The notes under the pieces are model-generated. The model did not search any database. It was not told where the DNA came from and saw only the letters and a program-made list of their open reading frames with translations. This document shows, piece after piece, positions 41,317 to 50,476 of a stretch of DNA of 64,000 nucleotides (positions within the stretch are counted from its first letter, which is position 1; every line of letters begins with the position of its first letter). Position numbers and translations under genes: made by a program. Location: positions 8,015-72,014 of the forward strand of contig JAGLWK010000067.1 in assembly GCA_023133485.1 (NCBI GenBank), written 5' to 3'. This stretch comes from Bacteroidales bacterium (GTDB lineage: Bacteria; Bacteroidota; Bacteroidia; Bacteroidales; B39-G9).

Positions 41317-42378
41317 TTAACTTAAAAAAGCTATAGGGTTGTCATGAGCTATTATTTTAAAGTTTACTTCACCTATAAAAGCACGTAAATCAATACCAAA
41401 TCTACGTTCATAAGTTTTTGTTTGGACCATATAATAATCTGAACCAAATAAGATTTTATGTTTTATTTTATTATTACTTAACAATACTTTTAGTAGTGAA
41501 AAATATTCTTTGTTATTCAAAGTAAAAGATAAATCAGTATAAAGATTTTTATGTTTTTCTATCATATTTTTAATAATGACAAACCAGTTAGTTATATCGG
41601 ATGGACTATCCAAATATTTATCCCAATAGTATTCTGACCCAAAATGTGCTAAACAAATTTTTAATTTATCAAAATCCTTCAATACATATTCATAATTCTC
41701 GGGATGGGTAAAGTGAGAACAAAGCTCCTTTTTCTTTTTTCCTTTTATGCTGATATGAGTTTTTGATTTTGACAATAATTTAAGTAAATCCTTTTTGCTT
41801 CCTTTATAATGAACAGGGTTATATGGACTACAATGAGCAATTATTGGAATGTTATTTTCCTGACAATAATCATAAATAGGATACAAGTCTTCATCGTAAG
41901 GGAAGTAACCAAGTGGTGGATATAATTTCACTCCTTTAAAATCCCATTCTTCAACACTCTTTTTTAATAAATTTAAAATCTCCTTTCTTCTCGGATCAAC
42001 ATGAATAAATGGAATTATCTGTGGATATAATTTTTTTAAATTAGCCAGTTCTTCTAACTGGTTCTTATATGGTCTGGGTACTTTTCCGGCACCCATAAAA
42101 GCCATATCCATAGGTAATATTACAAAATTTGTATCTTCCGGATAATGCTCCTTACAATTTTCAAAGATTTCCTGTTGAGAACCTAATTTTCCTATTCTCG
42201 CAAATTTAATATATCTATCAAATACATCTTTATCTGAAAATGGATTTAGGTTGTTTAATATTTTTGCAGTTAAATAAAATCCGGGTTTTGTTGCCAATAA
42301 CCTAACTAATCCTAATGGCAGAAACTTTCTTGGCACATCTGTGTCTTTGAAAGTATGAATGTGTGAATTGTAATACAT
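41317..42378 (-). CDS. Amidohydrolase-family (TIM-barrel metal-dependent hydrolase, Amidohydro_2-like) protein
   Basis: N-terminal HxH (NSHIHTF), later AHCS and LAHFG His residues, and a C-terminal LFGSDYY Asp. This is the canonical order of metal ligands. Confidence 0.75.
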   Translation of the reverse strand: MYYNSHIHTFKDTDVPRKFLPLGLVRLLATKPGFYLTAKILNNLNPFSDKDVFDRYIKFARIGKLGSQQEIFENCKEHYPEDTNFVILPMDMAFMGAGKVPRPYKNQLEELANLKKLYPQIIPFIHVDPRRKEILNLLKKSVEEWDFKGVKLYPPLGYFPYDEDLYPIYDYCQENNIPIIAHCSPYNPVHYKGSKKDLLKLLSKSKTHISIKGKKKKELCSHFTHPENYEYVLKDFDKLKICLAHFGSEYYWDKYLDSPSDITNWFVIIKNMIEKHKNLYTDLSFTLNNKEYFSLLKVLLSNNKIKHKILFGSDYYMVQTKTYERRFGIDLRAFIGEVNFKIIAHDNPIAFLS

Positions 42379-42437
42379 AAAATTTAGTTTTTTGTTATAT
42401 TGCGTGTTGGCACTTGTTTTAAATATTATAAATAATG

Positions 42438-42989
42438 CTAAAATAGTGGAATTCTATATCGCATAGTTAATCCATTGTATTTGTTCCCGAACTGATAATT
42501 CAACTGAATTTTATTGTATTCAAACCCGGCATCAAAAATATAACCCGGATTATTCTGATTGTATTTATTCAGCCCTGCCCCTAACAGTACAGAGAATGTT
42601 TTTATATCAGCAATCGATTTAAGGTCGTTATACAATCCCTTGTAACCAAGGTATAATGTATCTGCAAGATTTATAAGGCTATCCTGAGTAACAATGTGGA
42701 TATCAGCCTTTTTTTCGTAATTTTCAAATACTGCAATGAGTTCGTCCTTTGCTTTGATAATTGTACCAAGTCGTGCCTTTTGTAATTGAAATTCCTCAAG
42801 ATCATGCACCATCTGCACATATTCGGAATAATTAATTGCAACAATGGTATCTACGTCATCTTTGAACAGCCAGTACTCTAGTTGTGCTTCGTGTCCTTGA
42901 AGCGTTTTGCCTTTTATTGAAATACTTTCCTGTGCCTGCAGCAAATATGCTCCGATAACATATATAATAATAATTAATAATTTTTTCAT
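42438..42989 (-). CDS. Small secreted / outer-membrane-associated protein
   Basis: Signal peptide MKKLLIIIIYVIGAYLLQAQ. C-terminus ...GLTMRYRIPLF has a terminal Phe. Gap of 3 nt to the upstream gene. Confidence 0.6.
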   Translation of the reverse strand: MKKLLIIIIYVIGAYLLQAQESISIKGKTLQGHEAQLEYWLFKDDVDTIVAINYSEYVQMVHDLEEFQLQKARLGTIIKAKDELIAVFENYEKKADIHIVTQDSLINLADTLYLGYKGLYNDLKSIADIKTFSVLLGAGLNKYNQNNPGYIFDAGFEYNKIQLNYQFGNKYNGLTMRYRIPLF

Positions 42990-42992
42990 AGT

Positions 42993-43448
42993 TTATTGGT
43001 TATTATTTATTATCCTTCTTGCTCTTAAAACCATATCTTCCGGCGCTGTCTCATGAATCTTTCTCTCCAGTTCCTTTAATTCTTCTTCATATTTTTCATC
43101 AGCACGCAAAATATCCAGTGCCGTTTTCTTTTTTGCCTCGTCAAGCTTTTCTTTAGCTACTCTGAAGTTTTCTTTGGTAATCTCTCCGTTTATTTTAAGC
43201 TCTTCATACTCATTCTCCAGTTCTTTGAGCCTTTTTTCACGTCGCTCCAGTTCTTTAAGGAGTCTGTTCTTTTTTACAGCTTTGTAGAAAATAACAGCTC
43301 CCAGTGCCGACAAACCAAACAAAATCATCCATGATCTTTTACTTTTAAGATCGAAATCGCGAACAAACAGTATAAATACAACAATAAGTATTACAGCTAA
43401 TATCAGCAGGTCACCGTTGTTTTTAATATATTGCCAAATTTGTATCAT
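42993..43448 (-). CDS. 2-TM coiled-coil membrane protein
   Basis: Two hydrophobic helices followed by a Lys/Glu-rich heptad region (LKELERREKRLKELENEYEELK...). Gap of 3 nt to the neighbouring gene. Confidence 0.6.
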   Translation of the reverse strand: MIQIWQYIKNNGDLLILAVILIVVFILFVRDFDLKSKRSWMILFGLSALGAVIFYKAVKKNRLLKELERREKRLKELENEYEELKINGEITKENFRVAKEKLDEAKKKTALDILRADEKYEEELKELERKIHETAPEDMVLRARRIINNNQ

Positions 43449-43451
43449 ATC

Positions 43452-44114
43452 TTAAGATTTTTTTGATTTACCAACTTTTTCAAAACGCTTTATTAACTGG
43501 TGCAATGGTTCTGAACCAGCAGTAAGAATTGCTGCAGTAAGTACTATTTTTACCCATGGAGCAAGTTTACCAATAAGAATTGTTTCGCTAACCTTATTCA
43601 GAATAGTTACCAGATCGATTTTTAAAAACCGATATACCCAAATTGAGAATAACAAGGATAATACAAGAGCAAATATTCTGCTTATAATTCTGTAATACTG
43701 AGTTCTGACAGATTTTGTAGCAATTATATCTTTTCCACCTGTATAAGGCTTTTCCGATATAATATTCCAGAGTATCCATCTGTATAATAGTTTTTTATCT
43801 TCAGTATCTGAGCCCTGAAATCCGTATAGTCTGTCAAGCCGTACTTTAAATTTTTCTGCCTGCCTGTTCCAGAATTTGTACCAGCCTCGTTTTATATCGA
43901 GATACTTTACAATACTCATAAATATTTCTGTTGTACGCTCTACAAATATTGCCAGTATAAGGAACAGGAACAAAAGGTATGTTATTTTAGTAATAATCGC
44001 TACAGAAGTAACGGATTCTGTCGCTGATTCCGAAGCTGTATCCATAGCTATTTGAGGAATTGTGTCTGCAGCTACTTTTATAATGGTATCTGTAATTGTT
44101 ACTAATTCTTCCAT
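43452..44114 (-). CDS. Membrane protein, paralogous to the N-domain of the adjacent amidase
   Basis: Shares with aa 1-200 of 44127..45479 the layout TM-(I/V)ER...(TM)...AGS(E/K)P(L/I): FVERTTEIF / LIERILSFL and LTAGSEPLHQLIKRF / GAGSKPINFLMNF. Confidence 0.6.
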   Translation of the reverse strand: MEELVTITDTIIKVAADTIPQIAMDTASESATESVTSVAIITKITYLLFLFLILAIFVERTTEIFMSIVKYLDIKRGWYKFWNRQAEKFKVRLDRLYGFQGSDTEDKKLLYRWILWNIISEKPYTGGKDIIATKSVRTQYYRIISRIFALVLSLLFSIWVYRFLKIDLVTILNKVSETILIGKLAPWVKIVLTAAILTAGSEPLHQLIKRFEKVGKSKKS

Positions 44115-44126
44115 AATTATTATATT

Positions 44127-45479
44127 TTAAGCGATTACCATTGGTTTCTTTTTGAATAATTCAAGTGCCTTTTTGAATCCGGCATTATCTTTCCAGTTAT
44201 TGTAATAGTTTGTTATGCTCTCCTTAAATTCATCGTGTGGAAAGTTCCCGCCCGGACATGCTTTATCAGCAATCAAATGATGCGGAATAATTCCTTTCAC
44301 AGCATCGCCTGGTTCAAATGATTCCGGAAAAGTAAAAGGTATATTCTGAAGCAATGCATACATAGCAATAACTCTTGCAGCTGCCAGTAGCTGTTTCCCG
44401 GAAGGGATCATTAATCCAAGATCACCATTGGGGTTTGAGAAAGGAATATTGGGGTTAGGTTCGAAATTTCCCTGAAAAGCAATTCCAAATGAGTGTGAAT
44501 TATGAGGTTTAGCATGATTTCCAAACCGATCCCACCTGCAGAGGACTCTTATAGTACCATCCTTAAAAACAACACAGTTATAACCGGTAAGCCAGCCTTT
44601 TCTGTCAAATTCTTTTACTACCTCTTCAAATGGGGCATCACTGTGCATTGCTGTGTGATGGTATACAATTAAATCAATTGTTCTGGTATATTTATGTGTA
44701 TTTTCTAATCTGTCAGGTTTATTTCCTCCGTCATATTCAAATCCTACCAGATCCTCAATAGTCTCAGGTTCAATCTCTTTTGTTGTTGGCGACACTTCTT
44801 TTTGTATATCTGAGTCTGTTTTTTGTAAAACGTTGGAATCCGGAATTTTTTTCGATTCTTCCTTTATCTCGTCAGTTTCAGCTTCAATCTTTCTGTTTAC
44901 CAGAAAGTTCATCAGAAAATTTATTGGCTTACTTCCTGCACCAATTATTATTCCAGTAAAAATATATTCAAAGGTAGAATGTGAATTCGGAAATTCCGTT
45001 TCTGTATAATACCTGAAAAATTCCCAGATTGAGAAATTAAGAGCTCTGCATACAAAAATTGCAATTAGTGTTCCAAGTATTTGCATCCAGAATTCTTTAA
45101 TAATTACATTGTTTTCCTTGTATTTAATGTATCGCTCATTATCATCAAGGATGTGTTGTAAAGGTCTGATAAGTAAAAGATCAAAACATGAACTTTTTTG
45201 CTTTTCTTCAGGTAAAGCAGGATTAAACGCAACTTCACAGGGATCTTTATCAACAACAGTTTGATTGAGAATTATTTTATCTTCCTCAATGGCTTGTTTT
45301 TCCCTTCTCAATTGTTCCTGCAATTTTTCTACTTGCGTATATCTGTTTGAATACTGAAAAAGGAACATTCGGTTTATTGCCAGATTCAAAAAACTTAAGA
45401 TGCGTTCAATCAAAAGCGAAGCACCAAGGATTGCTGCAAGCTTTACTATAAGCTTATATAATAAAATGTTTTCATCCAT
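44127..45479 (-). CDS. Membrane-anchored N-acetylmuramoyl-L-alanine amidase (Amidase_2/PGRP domain) fusion protein
   Basis: The C-terminal ~190 aa carry IDLIVYHHTA, GYNCVVFKDGTI, NSHSFGIAFQGNF and IIPHHLIADKACPGGNF, giving the His/His/Cys Zn-ligand pattern of Amidase_2. The N-terminal ~200 aa are membrane and coiled-coil. Confidence 0.8.
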   Translation of the reverse strand: MDENILLYKLIVKLAAILGASLLIERILSFLNLAINRMFLFQYSNRYTQVEKLQEQLRREKQAIEEDKIILNQTVVDKDPCEVAFNPALPEEKQKSSCFDLLLIRPLQHILDDNERYIKYKENNVIIKEFWMQILGTLIAIFVCRALNFSIWEFFRYYTETEFPNSHSTFEYIFTGIIIGAGSKPINFLMNFLVNRKIEAETDEIKEESKKIPDSNVLQKTDSDIQKEVSPTTKEIEPETIEDLVGFEYDGGNKPDRLENTHKYTRTIDLIVYHHTAMHSDAPFEEVVKEFDRKGWLTGYNCVVFKDGTIRVLCRWDRFGNHAKPHNSHSFGIAFQGNFEPNPNIPFSNPNGDLGLMIPSGKQLLAAARVIAMYALLQNIPFTFPESFEPGDAVKGIIPHHLIADKACPGGNFPHDEFKESITNYYNNWKDNAGFKKALELFKKKPMVIA

Positions 45480-45527
45480 AATTGATATTGTTTATGTATT
45501 TAAATCTTGTTCATAGCATTAATGAAT

Positions 45528-45770
45528 GCCAACATCTGAATATATCGATGAGTAGATATATTTCTCTTATATGATAAACCCAAATATTATTTAACTTGTT
45601 TTGTTATAGTTAGTTATATAATTTATTTATTATTATTAATAATATTCAAATCCCCGGCAGGCAGGACAAACTGCACTGTTGTTTTATTTAATATTTTTCG
45701 TTTCACCTGCCTGCCGCCAGGCAGGTATTTGCACTTTCCGCCCGCTTGAATTTATAGCATGTTGGGCATA
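45528..45770. repeat. Intergenic repeat, D-type copy D3 (long)
   Basis: gccaacatctgaatatatcgatgagtagatatatttctcttatatgataaacccaaatatt...attcaaatcc..., then cctgcctgccgccaggcagg, ending cgcccgcttgaatttatagcatgttgggc (GTTGGGC at 45761-45767). Confidence 0.85.
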
Positions 45771-45775
45771 GTACA

Positions 45776-46702
45776 TTATTGTTCATTTATTTGATATGTT
45801 AAGTCATCTAAATCAAAATCATTAATATTTTCCTTTTGTGCCGGCTCTATCCTTAAAAAAATACTGCCATCATCATTTAACCAGGCACCATAACTATATT
45901 CTTTATTAGGTCTTAATAAAATTTCTTTTTTAACATTGAAGAAACCTGAATATTCAGGCTGTTTATCCGATGTTTTTAAGGGAATCTTTTGTAACATTAT
46001 TTGAAATGAATCAAAATCAGAAAAAATTTCATTGTCATTTTTATAGAATTTAGGATACTGTTCTTTTAATTTTTCTCTTAATTTCCCACTTGTATGATAA
46101 TTTATTATTCGCCTATTTTCGTTGCGTTCAATCCAAATTAGGTTCATATCATGTAATAGATTAAGTCGTTGCCAAATAACATTTGAATATTCATTATTTA
46201 AGTTCATCCCTTGAAAAACTTGCCTAACGACTTCTTTTTTTGTTTTGCACTTGGTAATAATTATCAATAATTCAAGTTCTTTTTCATTTAGCTTATTCCA
46301 TTCTTGTGTTATAACCGTTGAATCCAGCCTATTAATAATTTCATCCCTATCCGCAACAGTTTTCAATAATTTAAAACCATTCTTACACTCATGACAAAGA
46401 CATTTACTGTCAAAATATAAATTCTCAAAGTTAACATCTGAGCGAACATGGTAAGTTTTAATTTCCTTTTGGCAATTTTCACAAAAAAATTTCAGGGAGC
46501 TATTTATCTTAACCAGATATATTACTTTAGGTACAGAAATCTTATTTTCCTTCGCAATATCTTTGACTAATGTTTTGTACTTAAATTCATCTCTGTCAAA
46601 ATCCCAGTACTTATTGCAAATATTTACAATTTGAGAATTATCCGTTTTAATATCTAATTGTGCTGATTTTTGTTCCATTTTATCTTGTATTATGCCCAAC
46701 AT
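45776..46702 (-). CDS. Hypothetical protein with a Cys4 zinc-ribbon and a wHTH-like region
   Basis: CENC...17 aa...CLCHEC zinc-ribbon pattern. The more likely start is MEQKS at 46678, because the first 8 codons lie inside repeat D4. Confidence 0.6.
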   Translation of the reverse strand: MLGIIQDKMEQKSAQLDIKTDNSQIVNICNKYWDFDRDEFKYKTLVKDIAKENKISVPKVIYLVKINSSLKFFCENCQKEIKTYHVRSDVNFENLYFDSKCLCHECKNGFKLLKTVADRDEIINRLDSTVITQEWNKLNEKELELLIIITKCKTKKEVVRQVFQGMNLNNEYSNVIWQRLNLLHDMNLIWIERNENRRIINYHTSGKLREKLKEQYPKFYKNDNEIFSDFDSFQIMLQKIPLKTSDKQPEYSGFFNVKKEILLRPNKEYSYGAWLNDDGSIFLRIEPAQKENINDFDLDDLTYQINEQ

Positions 46703-46791
46703 CTGAATATATCAAAGAGTAAATACATTTCTTTTATACAATAAATCCAAATATTTTTTATTATTAATCATATTCAAATCCCTGTTAAAAC
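46694..46791. repeat. Intergenic repeat, D-type copy D4 (98-bp minimal form)
   Basis: gcccaacatctgaatatatcaaagagtaaatacatttcttttatacaataaatccaaatattttttattattaatcatattcaaatccctgttaaaac. Internal arms atctgaatat / atattcaaat are inverted. Confidence 0.85.
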
Positions 46792-46798
46792 CTCATTT

Positions 46799-47353
46799 CT
46801 ACTTTGGTGTGATGCCAACTTTTGTTGTTACGCCAAACAGATCCTGATTATCAATTGACTTATAGGGAGATCTCCTGATTAAATTCATCTCCTCAAGCTT
46901 GTATATTGCATCATTTACATTAATGCTTATCATTTTTGATTTTGTTATTATAGTTGACAATTTCCTCCAGTTAAATTGAGATTCATTTATGGTTTTATAT
47001 ACTTTTTCCAAACTAGTGTCAACCGGCATTTCTTCAATATTTTTAATTGGCCAGCTATTTTCTTTCAGTTTCAAATAATATTGCGTTTTAATTGTTTCTC
47101 CGTTTGTTTTTATTATTTCTATCAGAATATTAAAACTGCCCCATCCGTTTGAATAAAGTGTAAATTTTTCATTTCTGTTGGAAACTATCCTTTCAGGATT
47201 TGAAAATGTTGGGTGAAGGGTATATTTTATATGTTTGATTTCATTAAGTTTTTTCTTATCTTCATCAAGAAAAATACACCAATCATAGCGGGAGTCGGGT
47301 ACTTTATCGCTTTTAGCTATCCTTGAAAAGCTGTTAAATTTATATTTAGTCAT
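46799..47353 (-). CDS. Prokaryotic YEATS (pYEATS)-like domain protein with a C-terminal wHTH-like region
   Basis: YDWCIFLDED...IKHIKYTLHPTFSNPERIVSNRNEKFTLYSNGWGSFNILIEI fits the remembered pYEATS signature W.v.l....i..V.Y.LHPTF..P......F.l...GWG.F.i. Confidence 0.6.
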   Translation of the reverse strand: MTKYKFNSFSRIAKSDKVPDSRYDWCIFLDEDKKKLNEIKHIKYTLHPTFSNPERIVSNRNEKFTLYSNGWGSFNILIEIIKTNGETIKTQYYLKLKENSWPIKNIEEMPVDTSLEKVYKTINESQFNWRKLSTIITKSKMISINVNDAIYKLEEMNLIRRSPYKSIDNQDLFGVTTKVGITPK

Positions 47354-47852
47354 AATTTAAATTTAATTTTTCGGTTTCTAAATACTCAAGATTTCTTGTT
47401 CTGTCATACATATAAAATGGGCCTACTCTCCATTTATTACCATTTTGTTCTTTTAAATCAAATTCAATAATTTCCATATCATGAATTTTTTTGGTCAGCT
47501 CTTTATTAAAATGAACCCTGTAACCAAGTCCTCCAGTATCAACTTTGAGCAATTGAATATTTTCTTTAATTTCTCCTGAAATAGCAAAACAATTACTATT
47601 ATCCCATAAAATATTGTTTGAGTACATCTGAAGTTCTTCGGGAATAGTTAAGAAAATATTTACATTCTTTTGTTTTAAAGTGGTTTTCACCATAAAAACA
47701 AAAAGCGCGATAATTTCAGCAAGAACTGCTCCAAGTCCCCACTTGCGGAAAATATCATTACTTAAATTTGGGAAAATATTTGCAGCTAAAACCGTGATTA
47801 CTGTTAATATTGTTAGTCCTGAAACAGTATATAAGATAATTTTTTGATTCAT
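47346..47852 (-). CDS. Hypothetical 2-TM membrane protein
   Basis: Two N-terminal helices followed by a ~100-aa beta-rich domain. Its stop overlaps the start of the pYEATS gene (8-nt overlap). Confidence 0.55.
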   Translation of the reverse strand: MNQKIILYTVSGLTILTVITVLAANIFPNLSNDIFRKWGLGAVLAEIIALFVFMVKTTLKQKNVNIFLTIPEELQMYSNNILWDNSNCFAISGEIKENIQLLKVDTGGLGYRVHFNKELTKKIHDMEIIEFDLKEQNGNKWRVGPFYMYDRTRNLEYLETEKLNLNYD

Positions 47853-47915
47853 AGGTTTATTTTATTAATCTTTTAGAAAAAATTATATTACTTCTTTTAT
47901 AGTATTAATTATTGT

Positions 47916-48120
47916 TTCTGCTTTATATTATAAAGACATGAAAAATCTGATTTGGTAACCACCCTAACCAGAAAAATTTATAATTTTTTTATTAAGGAAT
48001 ATTCTTTCAGGTTGATTATTATCAGGTTGCGGGATAATCGTTTAATAAAATGGATTTGAATGATATTGTTAGTAGTTATTTCCTCGTTAAGCGGAATTTG
48101 AAATTCCGTTTAGCTAAGGA
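47916..48120. repeat. Intergenic repeat, F-type copy F1
   Basis: ttctgctttatattataaagacatgaaaaatctgatttggtaaccaccctaacc...attctttcaggttgattattatcaggttgcgggataatcgt...aatggatttgaatgatattgttagtag matches 53232-53710 in three blocks. It ends with an agcggaatttgaaattccgt hairpin. Confidence 0.8.
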
Positions 48121-48226
48121 AATTATTTTGGGTGGAATTCAAAAATTAGCAAGTCAGTATAAGTTGAACTATTTATTTTTTATATCGCTCAACTTAGGTG
48201 CAATATTTAATAGAACTGTATTTATA

Positions 48227-50419
48227 TTATTTATTTACTACAAATTTGAAATGATAAAAGCTGTCGTTTATTGCTATTTGAAAGATATATACTCCATTAT
48301 GTTTAATATTTAGATCGGTTAAATAAAATTCTAAATTTTTGTCAATATTATTTTCAATATAAATTGTATTACAATATATTTTAGCACCGGAAAGATTGTA
48401 GATACTTAATAAGGCAGAGCCGTTATATTCAAAATTTATGCTTATATTTATATAGTCATTTGAAGGATTAGGGAAAATTTCAAATCCCTCAATTATATTT
48501 TTATTTCTTGTATTAATTATATTATCAATTTTATCTAAATCAGCAACTGAAATACCACCACTACATATATAATGACCAACCCATAATTTATTGTCCTTAG
48601 TAATAATTATTTTGTTTGCAATATTATGGGCTATGCCGGAGTTAAGTACATTATAAATTTCCCAGTTAGCATTACCATTAAATTTTGCAATACCACCAGC
48701 ACATGTTGCTATCCAGATATTATCAATAGAATCAATAAATATATCAAAAATTGTATTACTTGGAATATTTGAATTGTAAATATTAAAATTTGTCCAATTA
48801 TTACCATCAAATTTTTGTAATCCTCCTCCACTTTCAATACCAACAATACCATTCGTGTCTATTGAATTACACCATAAATTATTATTTAAGTCAAACTTAA
48901 TTTTTGTAATATAATAATCAGGAATTTTATTATTTTGCCAGTTCCATATTTCAAAATCAGTATCTGTAAATTTAAAAATTGCGGGGTCTTCAATTTGAAT
49001 TTCACCTGAAGCTCCCCATAAATTCCCTTCTTTATCAAATGTTATGTCATGAATATAATTGCAAGTTAAACTGCTGTTATTTTTGTTATAATTAGTTAAT
49101 ACACCATTTTCGTATTTAATCAAGCCATTGTTACAAGTACCTACATAAAATGTATCTTCGTTTATTGGTAATATACAATTAATATAATCATTATTAAATT
49201 CATCGAAATATTTCCAATTATTATTTTGATTTTTATATGATAATATTGTTTCGTATCCACCAATATATAATCCATGGTAATTACCTGCTTCAATAACAGT
49301 AATTTTCTTGGTTTTTAATCCATTTGAAGAATCAATACTTGTCCAGTTATTATCTGAGAATCTTGTCAGATACATATTTTTAGAAAAAAACCCATTTAAT
49401 ATATAAATTGAGTCATTAATAGTTTCTAAATCTCCAATTTTATTGCTTTTTAAATTTGAATTAATTAAATTTTTTTTTTCAAAATTTGTTCCATCAAATT
49501 TTACAAGACCATTATTAAAAGTTCCTAACCATATAATTCCATTTTGCTCAGGTTCTATTGTTAAAATTACATTTTCAGGAATATTGGAATTATTTGTGTT
49601 ATATACAGTAAAATTTTCATTATTGTATTTAATTAATCCTGCTGATGAACCAAGCCATAAAGTATTTTCCGAATCAAATTTTAATGTATAAATACAATTT
49701 GTTGGAATAGTTGAGTTAGTAGTATCGTAATTAATAAATAATGTGCCATTATATTTAAACAATCCATTATTTAGTGATCCTATTAATAAGTTATTGTTAT
49801 TATCATAAGCTAATGAAGTAACCTCCGATGTAATTTGCTGAAAGTATTGTATTTCACCATTTGAAAGTTTTCCTAAACCCCAGCTTGCAGCAATCCAAAT
49901 ATTGCTGTCTTTATCTTCTAATAAATCATTAATAGCAAAATAGCTTGATATAGGACTACCTGTTTCCCACTTTTCCCACTTATTGCCATCATATTTTACT
50001 ATGTTACTAAAACTTCCAATCCATTTGTTTTCGTCATTATCAATTATTATTTTTAAATTCCATTGGTCAAAGGGCAAACCGGAATTTTGAGTATTATATA
50101 TTGTACATTTTTCTCCATCAAAACACCCAATGCCATAGTATTGTGTTGTTAACCAAAGTTTGCCTGCCTTATCTTTTACAAGGCTGCGCAAATGATTATC
50201 GGGCAAATTTGCATTAGCTCTGTTATAAAATGTATATTGTTCGGTTGTTTTATTATATTTGTATAAACCACCATCAGTTGCTACCCATAAATATTCTCCA
50301 TCAATTAAAATATCAAATACTTTATCGGTATTAGTATAATTAGTCCATGCCGGATGCTGACTAAATGAACACAGAGGAATAATAAATAATAAAACAATTA
50401 ATTTATTAATTTTTGTCAT
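48227..50419 (-). CDS. Secreted beta-propeller protein (two-component-regulator propeller type repeats) with T9SS type A C-terminal sorting domain
   Basis: Signal peptide. Many D..G.(L/I)W(I/L)(G/A)T..GL..(Y/F) repeats. C-terminus EIFPNPSNDYINISI...LSIYNLSGAKIY....GVYIFQI....KFVVNK. Confidence 0.85.
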   Translation of the reverse strand: MTKINKLIVLLFIIPLCSFSQHPAWTNYTNTDKVFDILIDGEYLWVATDGGLYKYNKTTEQYTFYNRANANLPDNHLRSLVKDKAGKLWLTTQYYGIGCFDGEKCTIYNTQNSGLPFDQWNLKIIIDNDENKWIGSFSNIVKYDGNKWEKWETGSPISSYFAINDLLEDKDSNIWIAASWGLGKLSNGEIQYFQQITSEVTSLAYDNNNNLLIGSLNNGLFKYNGTLFINYDTTNSTIPTNCIYTLKFDSENTLWLGSSAGLIKYNNENFTVYNTNNSNIPENVILTIEPEQNGIIWLGTFNNGLVKFDGTNFEKKNLINSNLKSNKIGDLETINDSIYILNGFFSKNMYLTRFSDNNWTSIDSSNGLKTKKITVIEAGNYHGLYIGGYETILSYKNQNNNWKYFDEFNNDYINCILPINEDTFYVGTCNNGLIKYENGVLTNYNKNNSSLTCNYIHDITFDKEGNLWGASGEIQIEDPAIFKFTDTDFEIWNWQNNKIPDYYITKIKFDLNNNLWCNSIDTNGIVGIESGGGLQKFDGNNWTNFNIYNSNIPSNTIFDIFIDSIDNIWIATCAGGIAKFNGNANWEIYNVLNSGIAHNIANKIIITKDNKLWVGHYICSGGISVADLDKIDNIINTRNKNIIEGFEIFPNPSNDYINISINFEYNGSALLSIYNLSGAKIYCNTIYIENNIDKNLEFYLTDLNIKHNGVYIFQIAINDSFYHFKFVVNK

Positions 50420-50432
50420 TGTTAAAAATATT

Positions 50433-50460
50433 AAAAAACAGAGGAATATTATTCCTCTGT
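50433..50460 (-). terminator. Rho-independent terminator after 50477..52915
   Basis: Stem cagaggaat / attcctctg (50439-50459). A plus-strand A-run gives TTTTTT after the stem on the minus strand. Confidence 0.75.
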
Positions 50461-50476
50461 TTAAATTACAAATTTT

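Noticed and set aside
42379-42437. TGCCAACAC motif (plus-strand gtgttggca at about 42403-42411) between the small OM protein gene and the amidohydrolase gene, as another unit boundary.
   Set aside because: Only the short core-like motif is present, with none of the D or A/B repeat modules and no evident palindrome. I treated it as an intra-operon spacer.
41317-47852. Prophage or prophage remnant, suggested by the amidase and holin/spanin-like genes.
   Set aside because: No capsid, terminase, portal, tail, integrase or repressor-like genes are present. The genes are flanked by the same chromosomal repeat family as their neighbours.
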